A stretch of 64,000 nt of DNA from a virus, in the IMG/VR virus record IMGVR_UViG_3300005263_000012, positions 25,431 through 89,430 of that record. One strand, given 5' to 3'. How positions within the stretch are numbered: position 1 is the stretch's first letter; every line of letters begins with the position of its first letter. Made by a program: the position numbers and the translations under genes. The notes under the pieces are model-generated. The model searched no databases and was not told the origin of the DNA. It was given only the letters and a program-made list of their open reading frames with translations. Positions 39,103 to 46,988 of the stretch are shown here, piece after piece.

Positions 39103-39327
39103 ATGGCTAAACCAAAAACCGTTACAAAAGAAAAGATATTATGGGCATATGAAGAATGCCGTAAAGATCCTGGGATTCTAGCAGGATGTATGGCAGACAA
39201 ACTTGGGATAAATTCTAGATACTTGACATCTGAACTCATGAAACTTGTAGATGCTGAAGTATTTGATGTTGAGAAACAGGGGAATGTATATTTATTCAGG
39301 TTGAAACCAGATGGACAAGCACCATAA
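39103..39327 (+). CDS. Winged-helix DNA-binding protein, divergent from the MCM operon
   Basis: MADKLGINSRYLTSELMKLVDAEVFDVEKQGNVYLFRL. Confidence 0.7.
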   Translation: MAKPKTVTKEKILWAYEECRKDPGILAGCMADKLGINSRYLTSELMKLVDAEVFDVEKQGNVYLFRLKPDGQAP

Positions 39328-39429
39328 TTAAACATCATACTCCCCCAAAACAATTTATCTCTTCTATTAAATATACATTACATTGTTTAATTTGAAATAT
39401 ATACTTTTCTTTTAATATATTCTGTCTAA

Positions 39430-39612
39430 TCATACCCTTGCCTCCCACTTCAAAACACAAACTCCACCGTTCAACTCTTCCTCGCAATAGTCGCAGTCTG
39501 TAGATATCGACTTTTCAGGCACAGTCCATTCGTCAGGAGCATCATTCAAAGCATCTTGGATGATAGCTATCTGGTTACCTGCTGGGCAACGATAGAAAAG
39601 AGGGATGTTCAA
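39430..39612 (-). CDS. Small Cys-containing hypothetical protein
   Basis: ATGA overlap. Confidence 0.45.
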   Translation of the reverse strand: MNIPLFYRCPAGNQIAIIQDALNDAPDEWTVPEKSISTDCDYCEEELNGGVCVLKWEARV

Positions 39613-39833
39613 GGAGTTACCTCCGTCAATCCCTTTGGTATAAATTTTTCACATATTTTATCATCGGAACTCCCAGAGCATTTATCTTCGAGATAAGTCT
39701 GTGTAAGTGTATCAACGGGAACTAGGTTTCCAAAATATCTACAGTCTGAGCAGGTCTTACCTTCAATCCAGGCATTATGCACTTTTTCAGAAGCAAACTC
39801 GATAGTATTCTTATAGTCTTTAGCATTCATCAT
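39609..39833 (-). CDS. Small Cys-containing hypothetical protein
   Basis: CSDCRYF...C...ICEKF. Confidence 0.5.
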   Translation of the reverse strand: MMNAKDYKNTIEFASEKVHNAWIEGKTCSDCRYFGNLVPVDTLTQTYLEDKCSGSSDDKICEKFIPKGLTEVTP

Positions 39834-40282
39834 CTTGATTCCTCCACAACTTTACTTTTTATCTTCTCCAAAAACTCACCATCACAAAACAGGGATTCTG
39901 GATCTGTCCACGGCTTGTCTTCATCAGAGGGAGTATATTCTTCCAAGATAGAATCGATCGTGTAAATCGGTAGCTTTCTCGCCATCGTGGGTCTGATTGG
40001 TTTATTATTCTGATGGTTAGCAGATAATCCACGTTTCTTTCTATGCAACCATACACATTGATAACCACATCCTATCAATTCTGCAATTTTGGTGTCAGTG
40101 TATCCTAAATTATAATATTCCATAAATTTCGAATGATTTATTACCCTATCATTTTTAGGAAGCCCTAACCTCCGTCTCAAAACACAAGCTCCAATCCGTG
40201 AGCACCCTATCACTTCTGATATCTTCACGTCGCTGTACCCCATGTTATAATATTTGAGAAACTCCTCTTTATTAATTGTCAT
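39830..40282 (-). CDS. Tandem HTH protein
   Basis: Two YNxGYxDxKIxExIGC repeats. Confidence 0.65.
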   Translation of the reverse strand: MTINKEEFLKYYNMGYSDVKISEVIGCSRIGACVLRRRLGLPKNDRVINHSKFMEYYNLGYTDTKIAELIGCGYQCVWLHRKKRGLSANHQNNKPIRPTMARKLPIYTIDSILEEYTPSDEDKPWTDPESLFCDGEFLEKIKSKVVEESR

Positions 40283-40551
40283 AATCGTCCCTCAACCTTC
40301 ATTTTCTTCCGTCTAATCTCCCTATTTCTCAACTCCCACACATAATCAGCAGTACACCCAACATTCTCAGCTATAACCACATTAGATAATCCAAGCTTGA
40401 ATCCTCTCAGAATCTCAGATCTATCGTATTTACGCTGATGTCCAGACGGTTTCTGTTTACAGCGTGTCACTTGAACGCCCCCAATTTCCACAAAAACGCT
40501 ACAAGGAGCAAAATTGTAAGAACTACCAACACGTAAATCATACAAGTCCAC
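40279..40551 (-). CDS. HTH protein
   Basis: GLSNVVIAENVGCTADYVWELR. Confidence 0.55.
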   Translation of the reverse strand: MDLYDLRVGSSYNFAPCSVFVEIGGVQVTRCKQKPSGHQRKYDRSEILRGFKLGLSNVVIAENVGCTADYVWELRNREIRRKKMKVEGRL

Positions 40552-40670
40552 ATTTTATGCATATATTTATATTGTTCTGCATATATTTCATGGAGTCGTT
40601 CCCCGCACTCTAACTGTTTTTCGATTGGTTGACATTTCATACGGTCTATAATTTCATCAACTGAAGTCAT
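40467..40670 (-). CDS. Small membrane protein
   Basis: C-terminal TM helix; overlaps the next ORF, so one of the two calls may be mis-started. Confidence 0.4.
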   Translation of the reverse strand: MTSVDEIIDRMKCQPIEKQLECGERLHEIYAEQYKYMHKMWTCMIYVLVVLTILLLVAFLWKLGAFK

Positions 40671-40957
40671 GTTATCAAACCACCGTGTTACGTTTTGCCC
40701 TAAGATATTCCGTCATTTAGACCACCAGATGCCCCATTGCTTAACAGCGATACAGAGTACAACACCGCTGATGAGTCCTACAATAAAGGAAAGTGTTAGA
40801 ATGTCTGACGTTTATTTCACCCCATGACGTTTTATACAATCTTTTAATGTTTTATCTCTAAAAGGTATACCGTACATGAAGTTTTTACATTGATTGTTCC
40901 AATCTACATGAGCCTCTTCAATTCGTTCTTTTTCTTCGGTTGTGTATTTTCTTTTAG

Positions 40958-41143
40958 TCATACTTCAGCCCCCCATCGATCCTGGACTAATCCCCACTTC
41001 CATTTTAATTTCCCAATGTAGTTTCGTTTGCTTCCGACTGCCTCTGCAATCTCCTTATTCTGCATTCCAGAAGCTACCATTTCTTTTATTTGGTCATAAT
41101 CGAGAACTCTCGTCGCTCCTTTCCTGTCGTGGGGGTGTTTCAT
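40958..41143 (-). CDS. HTH protein
   Basis: GMQNKEIAEAVGSKRNYI. Confidence 0.55.
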   Translation of the reverse strand: MKHPHDRKGATRVLDYDQIKEMVASGMQNKEIAEAVGSKRNYIGKLKWKWGLVQDRWGAEV

Positions 41144-41279
41144 ATTACGGCCTCGCGATCTTCTTTCAAACAGTCTGGTTCCGGCTTATCACACATATGA
41201 ATACCAACAATACAGCCGTGGCAGTCTACCCCATTATCTGTACAGGCTTCACAACATGAACGAGTAGAGGTGTAGAGAT

Positions 41280-42062
41280 TCATATCCCTAGCACCCCAGC
41301 ATAATTTACAATGAAGTATTGCTTTACAGATGAGTTGATATACTGAGCAGCATTCGTCCGGTTATCACACCAAGCAATTGGAAATCGCATCGCCTCAATT
41401 AGACCAATTCTCTTTCTTTTGAACGCGATTAACTGGAGAATCTGCTTATGGGATCTCTTTTTCAAAATGAGTTTACCACAGGAGGAATTATAATTTACAG
41501 AGTTCCCATTATTTTTACAGTAGTAGCTTCTCGTTTTCTCCTTAATCCTGTATCCAACATTCATACAATATTTACATTTTTTAGGATATGGGTAGAAAAA
41601 GGTCAAGGTCTGAAGCATCCCACCTTCGACCACAATTCTAAAGTCTTCACCTTTGGCTTTGGCTAGTTCCCGTTTGAATCTAAGCCAATTATTCATAACA
41701 GTATTATTAAAGTCGGAAACTTCTTTCCGTTCAAATCGGATATTTAACGGCTGGAACTCTCCCCCATTTACGGAAATCTTAAAGGCATAATCCGCATATT
41801 GATATTCACCACTATCTTTTTTCGGAGGCATAGCTGTAATTTTGAATCCAAGTTCCTTTTCGGTATAAGCTTTCCTAAGCTCGTTCCCGGGGATTTCACA
41901 TTTAACAGTACAGTATGTATCGTAGAACTCGCTTAAAATTGATTCTAGAGCTTCTCTGTCGTCATCTTCATTGGTGGAAAATCCAAATTCTAGGGTTTTA
42001 TGTCTGCGGGAAATATCGCTTAACACCGATTCGAAAGGTTCTTTCATGAGGGCAAGGGGCAT
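41280..42062 (-). CDS. ERCC4/XPF-Mus81-type nuclease (probable junction resolvase) with Cys-rich insertion
   Basis: ADY...FERKEVSDF...VVEG signature; CKYC...C...C insert. Confidence 0.8.
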   Translation of the reverse strand: MPLALMKEPFESVLSDISRRHKTLEFGFSTNEDDDREALESILSEFYDTYCTVKCEIPGNELRKAYTEKELGFKITAMPPKKDSGEYQYADYAFKISVNGGEFQPLNIRFERKEVSDFNNTVMNNWLRFKRELAKAKGEDFRIVVEGGMLQTLTFFYPYPKKCKYCMNVGYRIKEKTRSYYCKNNGNSVNYNSSCGKLILKKRSHKQILQLIAFKRKRIGLIEAMRFPIAWCDNRTNAAQYINSSVKQYFIVNYAGVLGI

Positions 42063-42595
42063 TACACAACACCCCTTAACTCACTCAAAACCTTCTCAAG
42101 CATAACTTCAGGACTATTATAATTACATATCCAGATTACACGGCCACCTAAATTCTTTCCCTCTTCTTTGTAAAGCTGCTTTACGCTCTTTTGATATTCA
42201 TCCGATGAAAATATATCACAGTCTTTGCCGTATGGTCTACCTACTATCAAAATAGTAATATCTGGATTAGGCAGACAATCAGCATAGTCCTCGACGACAG
42301 AACAAGGAAGTCCGTTTACCTTTCCATATACGATTTCCGATAGCTTGTATCTATCAAAAATATAATTCTCATCTGGCAAACTCTCAAGAGTTTCAAGTTT
42401 GTTTTTATTTTGTAGTTCTTGATATCTCAGTTTATCAAAATGAACTTCTCCGTTAATCATTGCTCTTGCTTCTTTCCCAGACTCTATTTTTTCATTTGGG
42501 AATTTCACGTAAGTATAACCAAGTTCCTGGGCTAATAAATGAGATAACAACGTTTTTCCAAATTTATCTGGGCCTTCAATAGCAATTCGCATCAT
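42062..42595 (-). CDS. tmk: Thymidylate kinase
   Basis: IAIEGPDKFGKT P-loop; FDRY..SEIVYG; PDITI. Confidence 0.85.
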   Translation of the reverse strand: MMRIAIEGPDKFGKTLLSHLLAQELGYTYVKFPNEKIESGKEARAMINGEVHFDKLRYQELQNKNKLETLESLPDENYIFDRYKLSEIVYGKVNGLPCSVVEDYADCLPNPDITILIVGRPYGKDCDIFSSDEYQKSVKQLYKEEGKNLGGRVIWICNYNSPEVMLEKVLSELRGVV

Positions 42596-42774
42596 GTGCT
42601 CACCTTCGTCATGAATTCATGAAGATGAGTTCCGGGGTTATCGTGAGCTAATGCGATAGGGCAGCAGGAACAGAAACCATCTCGATGACATATGGAAAAA
42701 CCTTGAATTTTACAGGAGCACATACCACGAATGACATAGGCTCCATCATCGGCTGTTATAAGATTAGAGCTCAT
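42592..42774 (-). CDS. Small Cys-rich hypothetical protein
   Basis: ATGA overlaps at both ends. Confidence 0.45.
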   Translation of the reverse strand: MSSNLITADDGAYVIRGMCSCKIQGFSICHRDGFCSCCPIALAHDNPGTHLHEFMTKVST

Positions 42775-43514
42775 TTCATCAGTCTCCTAAGATGGTCGGG
42801 AACTTTCCCGATGAGAGCTTCCACTGTGTCAAGATCATTGAGGTATATATGCTCAGACACCGCAATCCATATTATTTCTTCAAGTTCTCCACCGGATGGT
42901 GTAATCACTTCATCGACAAGAACTTTGCTTACTGCCCCAATATTTGCAAAAACAGCGTTTACAGCATCATTGCTTCTAAATAATACGCGGAGGGAAATCT
43001 TGTTTTTCTCAGATAATCTTACCTGCCCCCATTGAAAACACGGGGGATTGTCTAGGCTTATATCAGAAGGAATCCATATCACAAAACAAATCCTATTGCT
43101 TTGTATCCCTTCAGATATGGTAAACGCTAATTCATCGCGTATACTTTCTATCTGATTCATGTATCCACAGTAACAGATACCATCGTCCTCGAATCCGCTC
43201 CATTCTGGAATTGCGTGAAGGCGTTGACCATATGTATAAGGCTGATCTCCCCTGTCAGGATTCTTCAGCATTTCAATATAGATTTTCTGAGCAGTTTCCC
43301 CGAACTTCCAACCTTTAGGAAGTTTGCCATCGTAGAGATCATTTAGCGCCTTTCCATAGAGCTGAATAACTGCAAATATCTCCTTAGCTTCTTTGACCTC
43401 GTCAGCGCCCCCAAAATGAAGCTGATTTCCCTTATTATATATTGTCATCCAGAGTGCTTCATTGAGTTTGTTGATGTCGTCACCGCTAAATACTTTGATA
43501 GGAGTAAGTACCAT
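42771..43514 (-). CDS. thyA: Thymidylate synthase (archaeal ThyA-type)
   Basis: YTYGQRL; PPCF; RSND..N....N (Asn at the dUMP-specificity position); HIY. Confidence 0.85.
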   Translation of the reverse strand: MVLTPIKVFSGDDINKLNEALWMTIYNKGNQLHFGGADEVKEAKEIFAVIQLYGKALNDLYDGKLPKGWKFGETAQKIYIEMLKNPDRGDQPYTYGQRLHAIPEWSGFEDDGICYCGYMNQIESIRDELAFTISEGIQSNRICFVIWIPSDISLDNPPCFQWGQVRLSEKNKISLRVLFRSNDAVNAVFANIGAVSKVLVDEVITPSGGELEEIIWIAVSEHIYLNDLDTVEALIGKVPDHLRRLMK

Positions 43515-43516
43515 TT

Positions 43517-43675
43517 TTAAGCCTCCAATCCTTTAGCCTGCTTACTCATCCTAGCCTTGCACAAATTACAATATTTTGCATCTGGATTTGTAGTCGGAAA
43601 CACGTTTTCACATCCAGGAGTCTGACATTGCAGATACTGAACTGGAAGCTTTTTGAATTTACGAACGCGAGACAT
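43517..43675 (-). CDS. Small Zn-finger protein
   Basis: CQTPGC...YCNLC; GGAGG RBS. Confidence 0.55.
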   Translation of the reverse strand: MSRVRKFKKLPVQYLQCQTPGCENVFPTTNPDAKYCNLCKARMSKQAKGLEA

Positions 43676-43677
43676 TT

Positions 43678-44124
43678 TCAGACCTCCACTGGAGCCACTA
43701 CACAAACTCCATACTTATATTTCGCAATAAGAGGATACAATCTATTGTTTTCACCAGGAAGAGGTATATTTGAAAGATAGTACTCCCTGACACCTAACCC
43801 CCTCAAATACTCATAAAACTCCATCTTGAATACAGATGTCCTTGTCTCCGTGCGAATTGTTATATTTTCAATCCCAATGTACATCTGATTCGATTCAATT
43901 TTCTCAGCGTTACAAATGTATTCCTGTATAATTTCAGGAAACAATTCAGGAGCCCTTGCTTTCATTAATTCTTTTTTAGGGGTGGCGAGCAAACCGTCTT
44001 TTATCTCGACCAGCTCATAAGTTTCCAGTGCTTCTAACCCAAAGGTTGAAGAAGGAGGAGATTGTATTACTCTCTGAGTGAGATTCTTACACTGGCTGAA
44101 AACTGTAGTCAGAATTTCACTCAT
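43678..44124 (-). CDS. Hypothetical protein; C-terminal YPLIAKY...VVAPV motif
   Basis: ORF track; motif shared with 27524..27988. Confidence 0.55.
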   Translation of the reverse strand: MSEILTTVFSQCKNLTQRVIQSPPSSTFGLEALETYELVEIKDGLLATPKKELMKARAPELFPEIIQEYICNAEKIESNQMYIGIENITIRTETRTSVFKMEFYEYLRGLGVREYYLSNIPLPGENNRLYPLIAKYKYGVCVVAPVEV

Positions 44125-44415
44125 GTGTTCTCCCTCTTTGTAAATGCGTCATAAGTCCCACAATATCCTTTATCAAGCGCGTTCATACACGTTTCTGAAT
44201 CCTCTTTGAAATGTTCGCACCGCGAGGCATATTCACATTTGAAATATACATTGCATAATTTTTCAGCTATTTCTCTCAGGCGTGTTTTTATCATTACTCC
44301 TCATCTCCGTTGCCGGTGTTTTCATCGATATGAGTAGAATAGTATCTTGACAGCATTGGACTGTCAAATTCGAGATCTGGTATTATGTCAAAAACAGTTT
44401 TCATGGAAGCCGTAT

Positions 44416-45339
44416 TCATGCTTCCATCTCCTCTGCCGAAACTTCCCCTGCTGCTATCATATCAGAAATAGCTCTATTCTTAGCTCTTGTGTGACATGTA
44501 GTATACACATCGTGTTCAGGATGAGTGAACTTCTTTTCAGTAGAGGTACATATGGCTACACCTTCTGTTTTTCTCCCATTTGGTGCAGTGCACAAGACTT
44601 TCATTTTCCATTGAAAAGCTCCGTTTTCTAGCACATCTCTCGTTTCTTCAACGATCTGATCCGTTAGGTTGTAAAAAGTAGCAAACTTTCTCCATCCAGA
44701 TTTCTTAACGTGGTTCTTTCCATTTATTTTCTGGATGTCAGAAGCCTCAATGATGTAATTTTTAAGTTGCTGGAATTCTTGCCAGGCAGCCAACGCTTCA
44801 GCGGCAGTTACAGCGGGCCTTACTATACCACCTACACCAATTGGAGCGGGGAGCTGTGCAGGTTCAAAGGTTGGATTCACATTTTCCACTCGATCAGTGC
44901 GTTCTCTCCGTGTGACAGGTTGTTTAGTTTTTGGTTCTGGCCCTCGGATCTCTCCATTTTCCAGAGCTTCAAGTATTCTCTTTTTCTCTTCCAGATCATC
45001 AACAACTTCAGCATTAACAGATTCAACAGTTTCAGTATCCATATTTTTCAACCTCTTTAACACATTTCCACATTCCTCTTCATACTTTCCAAAAAGTTTT
45101 CTTGCATCCCCCGCATATGTAAAAGGAACCTTTGACGATTCAATATCATAAGTCTCAGTTGAGGTTCCATCATTAAACTGAAAATACCATGAGCGGCTTA
45201 TCGACGCAAAAAGAGTGTATCCTTTCCCGCAACTCATAGTATATGTAGCGGGATCGTCGGGAACTTCTTTTAAGTTGTATTCTTTTGAGAAGCTACGGAG
45301 AATGTCAAGTTTTTGAGCTTCTGTGAGTTCCGTATTCAC
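44416..45339 (-). CDS. Putative single-strand annealing protein/recombinase
   Basis: C-terminal KKSGWRK...C..PNGR..EG...C...E...H...T.TRA.NRAISD..GEVSAEE domain seen in viral SSAP-like proteins; replication-arm context. Confidence 0.55.
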   Translation of the reverse strand: MNTELTEAQKLDILRSFSKEYNLKEVPDDPATYTMSCGKGYTLFASISRSWYFQFNDGTSTETYDIESSKVPFTYAGDARKLFGKYEEECGNVLKRLKNMDTETVESVNAEVVDDLEEKKRILEALENGEIRGPEPKTKQPVTRRERTDRVENVNPTFEPAQLPAPIGVGGIVRPAVTAAEALAAWQEFQQLKNYIIEASDIQKINGKNHVKKSGWRKFATFYNLTDQIVEETRDVLENGAFQWKMKVLCTAPNGRKTEGVAICTSTEKKFTHPEHDVYTTCHTRAKNRAISDMIAAGEVSAEEMEA

Positions 45340-45752
45340 TCAACATCACCCTGAAATGAAGCAGTAATAGACACCGTGGGAGCAACCACAGTAACTTTCT
45401 TAAACTTTTCAATTTCAGAGTGTGCAGCCGCGTAACCCGCAAGTGCTTTTGAGTCCCAAGAAGCACGTTCATAACCTTTCTTATAGGTGGCAACTCCCCA
45501 CATACACTTAAACGGCTTTCCCTGCTTGAGAATTTCAGTCCGGATCTTCTCTTCAATCTCCTGCATCCTCGGGTTATACTCAGCTTCCTTTATTGCTCTC
45601 TTTACTTGCATTACATTGATTACTTCATCAATTTGCTGACATTCATCAGCAAGCGACCATGTAAGAGTTTCAAGTTCATGAAATAACTCTTCAAGATTAA
45701 CCGGTTGTTCACCTGTAACCAGTTCAGCGGACTCTTTTATAATAGGTAACAT
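45336..45752 (-). CDS. Conserved viral protein (Gam/Gp157-like), coupled to the SSAP
   Basis: Coiled coil plus SWDSKALAGYAAAHSEIEKF motif; ATGA overlap. Confidence 0.5.
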   Translation of the reverse strand: MLPIIKESAELVTGEQPVNLEELFHELETLTWSLADECQQIDEVINVMQVKRAIKEAEYNPRMQEIEEKIRTEILKQGKPFKCMWGVATYKKGYERASWDSKALAGYAAAHSEIEKFKKVTVVAPTVSITASFQGDVE

Positions 45753-45988
45753 GTTTACATCCCCTCTAATCTATGTTCATCACAATACGGCTCTGGATCA
45801 TCCCATCTTTTTGAAAACGGCTTACCACACATAGGACAGTTAACTGTTATGACAGGGACTTCATTGCCTGTTTTGGAAATCATCAATCGTCCCTCAAAAA
45901 ACTCATTCTTTCTAAAAAATCACTATCAGATTCATTTGGTAATTGATATTTAGTATCAGGTATTTTCGAACACATTTCAATCCCTCTT

Positions 45989-46318
45989 CTACACAAATTC
46001 AACTTTTTTTCTAGGCAGTAACCTTACAGGGTTATCCCCTGGCTTAATGTAAGTAAGACCACTCACAACAGACCACCATTGGATATCTAGCGCGAGTGCA
46101 GCAAGCAAAGTCTCATTGAGCTTTCCATAAATGGTCAAATCAAATTGAACATCTTCTTCGGGCGCATATAGAGATTTTAAATACTCAACTATACAGTCTT
46201 CAATCGCGTATGCATCCGAAACGCTATAGTAACGTTTTTCAAATTTGCCCGGGATTGTGTCACCAATTCCCTGAGAAACATCCTCTTTTAGTCTGAAGGT
46301 TACTTTTTTCACTACCAT
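45989..46318 (-). CDS. Hypothetical protein
   Basis: GAGGAG RBS; downstream of the tRNA cluster. Confidence 0.6.
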   Translation of the reverse strand: MVVKKVTFRLKEDVSQGIGDTIPGKFEKRYYSVSDAYAIEDCIVEYLKSLYAPEEDVQFDLTIYGKLNETLLAALALDIQWWSVVSGLTYIKPGDNPVRLLPRKKVEFV

Positions 46319-46379
46319 ACTTCACTCCTCTGAAAAATCCGTTTTAACAAGCTCACATTTTTATATTATTAATGAGCAA

Positions 46380-46451
46380 ACTCCTATGAGGATTCGAACC
46401 TCAGCCTCCAGAGCCAAAATCTGGAATCATTGACCGCTAGACGATAGGAGT
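46380..46451 (-). tRNA. trnQ: tRNA-Gln(UUG), no encoded CCA
   Basis: ACTCCTA TC GTC-TAGCGGTCAAT-GAT T CCAGA-TT[TTG]GC-TCTGG AGGC TGAGG-TTCGAAT-CCTCA TAGGAGT; full cloverleaf; A1:U72 pair as in archaeal tRNA-Gln. Confidence 0.92.
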
Positions 46452-46466
46452 AATAGGCTTATAGTA

Positions 46467-46495
46467 GGGCTCTAATTGTTCGTGGATTAGAGCCC
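46467..46495. other. 10-bp hairpin upstream of the tRNA
   Basis: GGGCTCTAAT-9 nt-ATTAGAGCCC. Confidence 0.8.
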
Positions 46496-46497
46496 AT

Positions 46498-46561
46498 CCG
46501 TTTTTACGTAGTCTAAAATCCCGTTTTTCCACGTAATTTTTTAAAACCCGTTTTTTACGTA
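46498..46561. repeat. Three imperfect direct repeats CCGTTTTT(N0-2)ACGTA
   Basis: Copies at 46498-46510, 46521-46535 and 46548-46561, separated by 10-12 nt. Confidence 0.8.
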
Positions 46562-46580
46562 ACTTTCCCTTTGTGGGAAT

Positions 46581-46640
46581 TAGCCGGAGTCTGATTCGAA
46601 CAGACATTCTCTTTCGAGCGATTACTTATCTTATCCCGCT
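46581..46640 (-). ncRNA. 60-nt anticodon-less mini-cloverleaf tRNA-like element
   Basis: AGCGGGA TAA GAT-AAGTA-ATC G CTC-GAAA-GAG AAT GTCTG-TTCGAAT-CAGAC TCCGGCT A. Confidence 0.6.
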
Positions 46641-46744
46641 GTGTTGACCCCGGAAGATCGGGGAGTTCAACAACGATCTAGTGTTCTTTCGCACGGTCTG
46701 AAATATAGGTCTGAAATTAACGTTTTTAAGGGCGTTATCCCAAA

Positions 46745-46873
46745 AGCCACGTGAGGGACTTGAACCCTCATCAACCGGGAAGAGATTGGTTTCACAGGTT
46801 CGGACTATATGGGAATTCTTAGGGGATGTTACAGTGGGCGATATTATGGCTGATTCATCCTTCTTGTCGTGGC
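46745..46873 (-). ncRNA. tRNA-like acceptor/T-arm stack enclosing a 97-nt insert
   Basis: GCCACG ...97 nt... TGAGGG-TTCAAGT-CCCTCA CGTGGC T (6+6 bp). Confidence 0.45.
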
Positions 46874-46951
46874 GCTTGTGGGCATTATTTCAAATGCCCT
46901 TTTCGGAGGTTTGATATTTGACAGAGTTTTTCTACGAGAGGTGGTTCATGT

Positions 46952-46987
46952 TGGAGCCGTCCATAAGAATTGAACCCACTAGACGGC
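46952..46987 (-). ncRNA. 36-nt tRNA minihelix with encoded CCA
   Basis: GCCGTCT A GTGGG-TTCAATT-CTTAT GGACGGC T CCA; starts 1 nt after the stop codon of 46989..47330. Confidence 0.6.
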
Positions 46988-46988
46988 A

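Noticed and set aside
42771-43514. dCMP hydroxymethylase (DNA hypermodification)
   Set aside because: The RSxD motif has Asn, not Asp, at the specificity position; no glycosyltransferase or other modification genes nearby
46498-46561. Mini-CRISPR array
   Set aside because: Repeats are only 13-15 nt and imperfect, with 10-12 nt spacers; no cas gene or leader
46745-46873. tmRNA or intron-containing tRNA
   Set aside because: No D-loop or anticodon remnant, no tag-like ORF and no BHB motif recognised; kept only as a tRNA-like element
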